DNA from: Podarcis muralis
Taxonomy: Eukaryota
DNA length: 64,000 nt
Direction of reading: 5' to 3'
Assembly: GCF_964188315.1 (NCBI RefSeq)
Contig: NC_135661.1
Span: forward strand, 62,558,001-62,622,000
Part shown: positions 58,272 to 64,000 of the stretch, piece after piece
Numbering within the stretch: the first letter of the stretch is position 1
Layout: the number at the start of each line of letters is the position of its first letter
Position numbers and translations under genes: made by a program
The notes under the pieces: generated by a model
The model's input: only the letters and a program-made list of their open reading frames with translations
Told to the model about the DNA's origin: nothing
The model's database searches: none

Positions 58272-61200
58272 TCCTTATAATAACACCTGCAATTTGAATT
58301 GTAGGCATAGATTGAATTGTGAGGGAGAAGGCCCTGCTTGTAGGCTCACGATTTAAACACCACCATGCAAAAATGACATCCCTGTATGAACAGGGAAGAG
58401 GAAAGTCAGGGTTGGAGTAGCTGCAGCTTTGCCTCCCGTGGATGGAGCCAGGCTGGTCTCCCCACTTCCCATCATGTTCTTCTGTCTGGGAGGCCAGAGA
58501 GTACACAGTCTCTTGGTGGCCCTCAGCTTCCTGGCAGTGGCAGCAACCTGATTGTGCCTCCCATCACCTCTGCAAAATTTGGTCATTTAGATGTCATTCA
58601 GACACCAGGTTAAAAAAAAAAAGCCTCATTTTTATCAGGCTTTTCGGAGCTAATGGATTAAATTGCTTTAAAATTAAGTTGATAATTATGTAATTTTCAT
58701 TATTAATATTTTAAATATTATACTGTGTTTTATATCGCCTTATTTTGTTGTAAATGCCTCTGTGACATTTTTTAGGTCAAGGGCAGTGTAGTGGTTTCTT
58801 AATAAATGCGCAAGCATCTGGGGATATGCACTAGTTGGAGATTGCTTTTTTTCCTTAACACCCTCATTTTGAAAGTACATTATCACGCCATACAAATAGC
58901 ATACAAAAGTGGCTAGTAGCTGTTGATAGCCTTATCCTCCATAATTGTCTTCTGAAGCTATCCAAACTGGTGGCCATCACTGCCTCTTGTGGGAGTGAAT
59001 TCTATAGTTTAACTATGGGCTGTGTTCTTTTTGTCTGTCCTTAATCTTCCAGGGCAGTAAAGTATTAGGTCTATGGGGCTGTGCCAAACCCTGTGAACTG
59101 AGAAACCCCCTGTTCAAATTTCACCTCAGTCATGGATTACTGAGCTGGTCATAGACAAATAGTGCTTTTTAATCTTCCCATCAGTACTATAGGGTAAATG
59201 ATCCTACTGACCTACCTGATAGGGTTGGTGTAAGGATTTCCATGATAATGGAGTTTAGAGTTTACTAATTTTGGCTGTCTATGCCTTAATCCTAAACCAC
59301 TATTTCTTGACTTCCCCAACTGTATTCTTCTTCATTCATATACTGCCCTTCACCTGGAGATTACAGAGCAGTTCACAACATAAAAATATGGAGAGTGTGT
59401 AGATAATACTGACCTACCTATAGGATTGTTGAAAGAATTACTGAGATAATGGTTATGAAGAGAAAGCATAAACTATCCTTCATTTAACTATGGACAAGAA
59501 TCCCTGCGTTACTGATCTGTATTAATGAGATGTGGGTAGATGAGCTTGGTGGAGCTGAAATTTCTTAGCTTTGTCCACCTGGATTTTTGATGTAGCAGCC
59601 ACTTAGGGTTAATGGAGGAGGGTTGCAGTGATTTCTAAGAATTCCATCTCTCTCTACTAGACTTCTTGTGAAGATGGGTAGGTCATGGGCACTTTTTCAG
59701 TCTGAAGGCCGCATCATTTCATAGGCAGTCTTCTGGCAGTGGATTTGAATGTTTGCACAATTGAGACAGATCAGAGATTCTTTTGGTGCTTACCATCCAT
59801 CCCACTGACTAACCATCTCCCTATCTGAGCTGACAGAAGTGGGCTGAGACTAGATGTTGAAGTCCCCTTAGATGGTGGTGCTGGAGGACCCTGAAACACA
59901 GGCCAAGGCAGTGACTCTGGACTTCATGACTGCCATGACAGTTCTTGAGCTGTCCCAGCATATAATCCACCTGATTCTCATGTTGGAGATCTTTGGATCT
60001 GGTGCTTTCATCTGGGCAGGAAGATAGTGGGGGGCTTTCCTTTAACCGTCTTGTCTTACACCACTTCGGCCAGAGCTTTAGGCTTACTATGGTGGTGCTT
60101 TTCTCTCTATAGATGGGAGAGGCTGTTTAAATGGTCCACCCCTAGAGGTTGATGGGTCATGATACATTCTTAAATGCCCTTGGGCAGGTTCCACCAAGCA
60201 TGGCTAGTGCTCCTGCCAACATCTTGGTTGCTCTTTGGAATTTCAAGATTACTTGGGCAGGTGACACAACTGCTCTTAAGTGCCCTCAGCTGCAGACCAT
60301 GGTTCACTAGGTAGATGGGAGCAAAGAAATGGGAGTTGAATAGGCCTCTAGAACATGGTGTAGGAAGCCTTGAACTAGAACTGGTTAAGTATAAATTAGA
60401 GCTCATTTTGGATCCTACTCTGTGGCAGTGAACATCTTCATAGTGCTGTGCAGTGGAGCTTTTCCATGTGGCATAAGTTGTTCTCCATTTTGGCCAACAA
60501 GATGTAATGGATTCTTTGGAGAAAGAGTTGGTTTGTCAGGCACTTGGGATATTAAATTGTTTGTGTTTGTATTGTGCTTTGCTTTATGTGCAGGTCCATT
60601 AAATTAATTTTAGGGGGTTGTACTAGATAAGGAGTCAGTAGAATCTGAAATAGGTAGCATTACCTAGTTGCTGGAGAGCACGTAATCCCCAAAAGTGAAG
60701 TCTCCTAGTCTTCAGTTTTAGGATCCCTCTGTTGAAGAGCTAAATTTGGTCTTCTTAAAAACATACTTCAAAACACTTAGGGCACACCCACACTTCCATT
60801 TGCTTCAATGGTTCCCCCCAGCGCAACCTGCTGTTTACCACTGATTCGGAGCAAACATCAATAGAGTGTTCTCTGGATTGATGTTTGCTTCGATTTATCG
60901 CTAACAGGTTTTTCCATGTGAACGTGGCAGGGCAAAGGCAAAGGCACTCAAACCCATGGCTATAAAGTATGGGACAAGCAGAAAAAATGCTCGGATCTGT
61001 GCTTTCTAAGGAACGGGGCAAGCGGAAGTGTGGACGAGCCCTTACTGTCAGCCCTGATGGAAATAAAGGATGCTTTATCTACATTGTGTAAAGTGGCCCT
61101 TACGTTTATGCAAGGTCTCTGAAAATTATGTGAATGGGCAATCATGCTGATTGTCACCTGATTTTTAAGCTGTAGTGAGATAGTGCTTCATGTTAATAAG

Positions 61201-61764
61201 CCATGCTGACTGGGGCTGATGAGAGTTCCATTCTAAAACATTTAGAGCATGCCATGTTGGTGAATGCTGCTTTAGATTATATAGAAATATGTTGTGTTAT
61301 GTGCTAAATGTTTTAATTCAGGCTATTTTGTGTGTGTGTGTGTTGGTCTTGGTGCCTTTCTCATGTTTCATTCTTATGTCTGTTTCTAACCTGGTTCTGT
61401 GATAGTAGTTCAACAAAAATGGGGATATTGCTACAAAACCTCAAATTATGATACTGTGACAAATCTCCAAAGAATGTTCGGGGTGGGGGGGAATCACTGC
61501 TGGATTTATTTGGTCTTTTTTTCCTTTTCATCGGGCTCTAACCCTGTGAATATCCACTATTCTAAAACTGTAGCAGGATTGTGGCCCTTTAAAATTATCC
61601 AGTAGAGTTGTGAATAGTTGGCAAACACATACAGAAGCTATTTTAATTTGCTTAATGCTAATATAGCTTAATGCTAATACATTTCATTTGTGGCCATTGC
61701 TGTCCTTTGGTGCTTAAAGTGCAATGCTTATTTTATTAACTCCTCTCTTGACCTTAGGTCAGTG

Positions 61765-61890
61765 ATAGCCATACTTGGCCCTCCAGCTGTTTTTGGGACT
61801 ACAACTCCCATCATCCCTAGCTTAGAGGACCAGTGGTCAGGGATGATGGGAATTGTAGTCCCAAAAACATCTGGAGGGCCAAGTTTGGCC
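61765..61890. mobile_element. Abundant squamate short palindromic repeat (GGACTACAACTCCCATCATCCC family)
   Basis: Hairpin 61793-61868. Degenerate copies near 7975, 25070, 25300, 27660, 33345, 37310. Confidence 0.7.
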
Positions 61891-62126
61891 ATCACTGCCT
61901 TAGGTGTACTTAAGGGCCTAAGTGCTGCTTTTCCTCCACAACAGTAATGAGATTATGACACTTGACAGGATTAAAACATGTGCCATTGAAGCATGTGTAA
62001 ACTGCAACTTTTTACTATGTTTTCCAGTTAATTGCAGTGGCCAACCAGCTTCACAACTTAGGCGGTCTGTTTTTATCAGGTAGTCTTTTAATAATGCTGT
62101 TGGAAGAGGTTTTTGCATATTTGGAA

Positions 62127-62743
62127 CAAGAGTGGATTTGATTTATATCAAATCGATTTAAATCACTAGTCAGTAAGACTTGATTTAAATCATTTTTTTT
62201 ACAGAGTGTTTCAATCTTGCTGGTATAAGCTTAATATTTACAACCAGATGAAGGTGTCATTTTTTGAATAATAAATTTTCAGAGTAGTTTTTACAGTTAT
62301 ATCAAAAATTACTGATTTGGTTATACTATTAGAAATACATAGACAGATAATTATGAAATTATTGTGAGGTTTAATAATTTAACTGTTTATAATTGGACAA
62401 CTTTTCTGCTGTACTTTATTGGAAGGAGAAAAATAATCATTTCCTTAATAACAATTTAAACAATTTATTTAAGTAGAACAATAACATTATAGCATATGTT
62501 TGTTAACTGATGTGGTTAAACATTTTTTAAAACAAACAAAACTTAGACTGAGTTTTAGCATACATGAAAAACAAATCCTTATTTCCTGATGAATAGTCTT
62601 TGGACTATAATGTAAATTAAATAGAAAAATATATTTAGATATATTTTTCCTCCAAAAGAATTTTATTTTAAAAATCCGATTTAAATCTTAAAAAATCCAT
62701 TTTTAATTTATTTATTTTTAAACCATTGATTTTTATCCACCCG
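62127..62743. mobile_element. Degenerate hAT-like non-autonomous element
   Basis: Termini resembling CAGGGTGGAT/ATCCACCC with subterminal GATTTAAATC motifs; AT-rich interior; imperfect 8-bp flanks. Confidence 0.45.
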
Positions 62744-63867
62744 GCTTGGACCATAAAAAGTTGTTTTTCATTCATGTCTTTGTTTTTTTGTAAGATGATT
62801 ATTGAACAATTGATCCAAAATGGTGAACTTATATGTGCACCAACTTAAATTTCTTCTTTTTACTACCTAGTGATAGGTGCATTGAAGGAGATTGGACTGT
62901 ATGACCCTTGGAGTTCCTTCCAACTCCACAACTCTAGGAAATGCTCAAACTTTATATAATTTAATGACAATACCTTGGATTGGTAGCATCCAGGCATTCT
63001 TCATAAACTGTTCTGTTCAACTGCCTTGCCAATGCGTTTACTAACCTGTTAATTCTCTTTTTTGCTTGTTAAGTTCCTTCCCCATACATGAACTGGCTGA
63101 GTCTTCTGATTTTCACTTTTTAAGTCCTGTTACTCTCTAAAACAGACCCTTCTTATTTCAAAGATGAATCTGGGGTTGTAAGACAGTTGGCCTTTTCTGC
63201 CTTTTTAAAACCAAGCAAAACCAGCATCTCTTAGCCTTCTGAGAGATGTCTTGACGGCTGGCTTCATCAGTTGCTGCTAGATAGAAATAGCATGTTTTAA
63301 TCCTAAATAACATTTAACGTACCTTAATTCCAAATTTGACTTGACTCTTTCTTCTGCACTTTGACTTTGTGTTGAGCTTGTGAGAACGTGGTGTGATCTG
63401 TGTTGTCTCACTAAACTCTGACATTGTCTCTTTTTTTCTCCCTTTCTGCTTGCCTGCTGCTTTCATTCTGTAGTATTGGTATTTGCCATTCATTTCACCT
63501 TCCGCATCTATGCATCTCATGGTAGGTGATAGGTTTCTTAATCTGAGACTAGACATTTTGCTGTATAAAATGAAACCTTAATAAAACCTAAAGCAGACCA
63601 TACTTTATATAGCTGACACTTACTTCACAGACCTTTCAATCCTGACAGGTTTCAGTTTTTAACAGGAAGGTATTTGTGTAACTACAATTCTGATAATCAA
63701 AGGATTTAATTTGGTTGTATATTTTACTTACTTCATGCTTGGGGAAATGTGAGGGAGACATTATATAGTTTGTTCTTCTTTTTGTTTTGTTGATGCTGTG
63801 CACATCTCTACTCCACATCCATCCTAACACCAAGCAGGCTTTGTTGTTTCTTTGAGCTCTTAAGCAG

Positions 63868-64000
63868 AATGTTACGTTACAAGTGCTGAAGATGGAATAG
63901 CTGTTTTTGATGAGCAGCTGAAGATTGTCAAACTTCTGACCACATTAGTAGGCCCCACCCCCAAGACAAATGTGTTTTAAATTTGAAGCTGGAGACACCA
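63868..64000 (+). other. Candidate internal (possibly 5' UTR) exon of the gene starting at the 57.5-58 kb CpG island
   Basis: Pyrimidine-rich tract and CAG acceptor at 63865-63867 followed by non-repetitive sequence. Not otherwise supported. Confidence 0.25.

Overview
Vertebrate genomic DNA, most likely a lacertid lizard (Sauria, Squam2-like and Squam3-like SINEs plus Bov-B LINE; the species cannot be determined). Two protein-coding genes lie on the minus strand and were reconstructed by hand from GT-AG junctions with consistent phases. (1) A glycoside hydrolase family 3 (beta-xylosidase/beta-glucosidase-like) gene with a signal peptide: 13 coding exons from 21205 to 2002 (649 codons), running off the left edge, with a CpG-island promoter at about 22.9-23.8 kb. 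(2) A complete nine-exon angiopoietin, probably ANGPT4 (40821-28953, 508 aa). A second CpG island with ZNF143-type motifs at about 57.5-58.1 kb marks the 5' end of an unidentified gene, probably on the + strand. The rest is intronic or intergenic and transposon-rich. The most striking structures: a very young Penelope-like element forming a 717-bp inverted repeat that carries minimal hammerhead ribozymes (1-1628); a Tc2-type non-autonomous transposon carrying a 1.25-kb higher-order array built almost entirely of covarying hairpins (12679-14585), nested with other DNA transposons inside an L1; hAT MITEs with a telomere-like internal VNTR; and a solo LTR nested in Bov-B. All calls come from manual reading. 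No database search or folding program was run.
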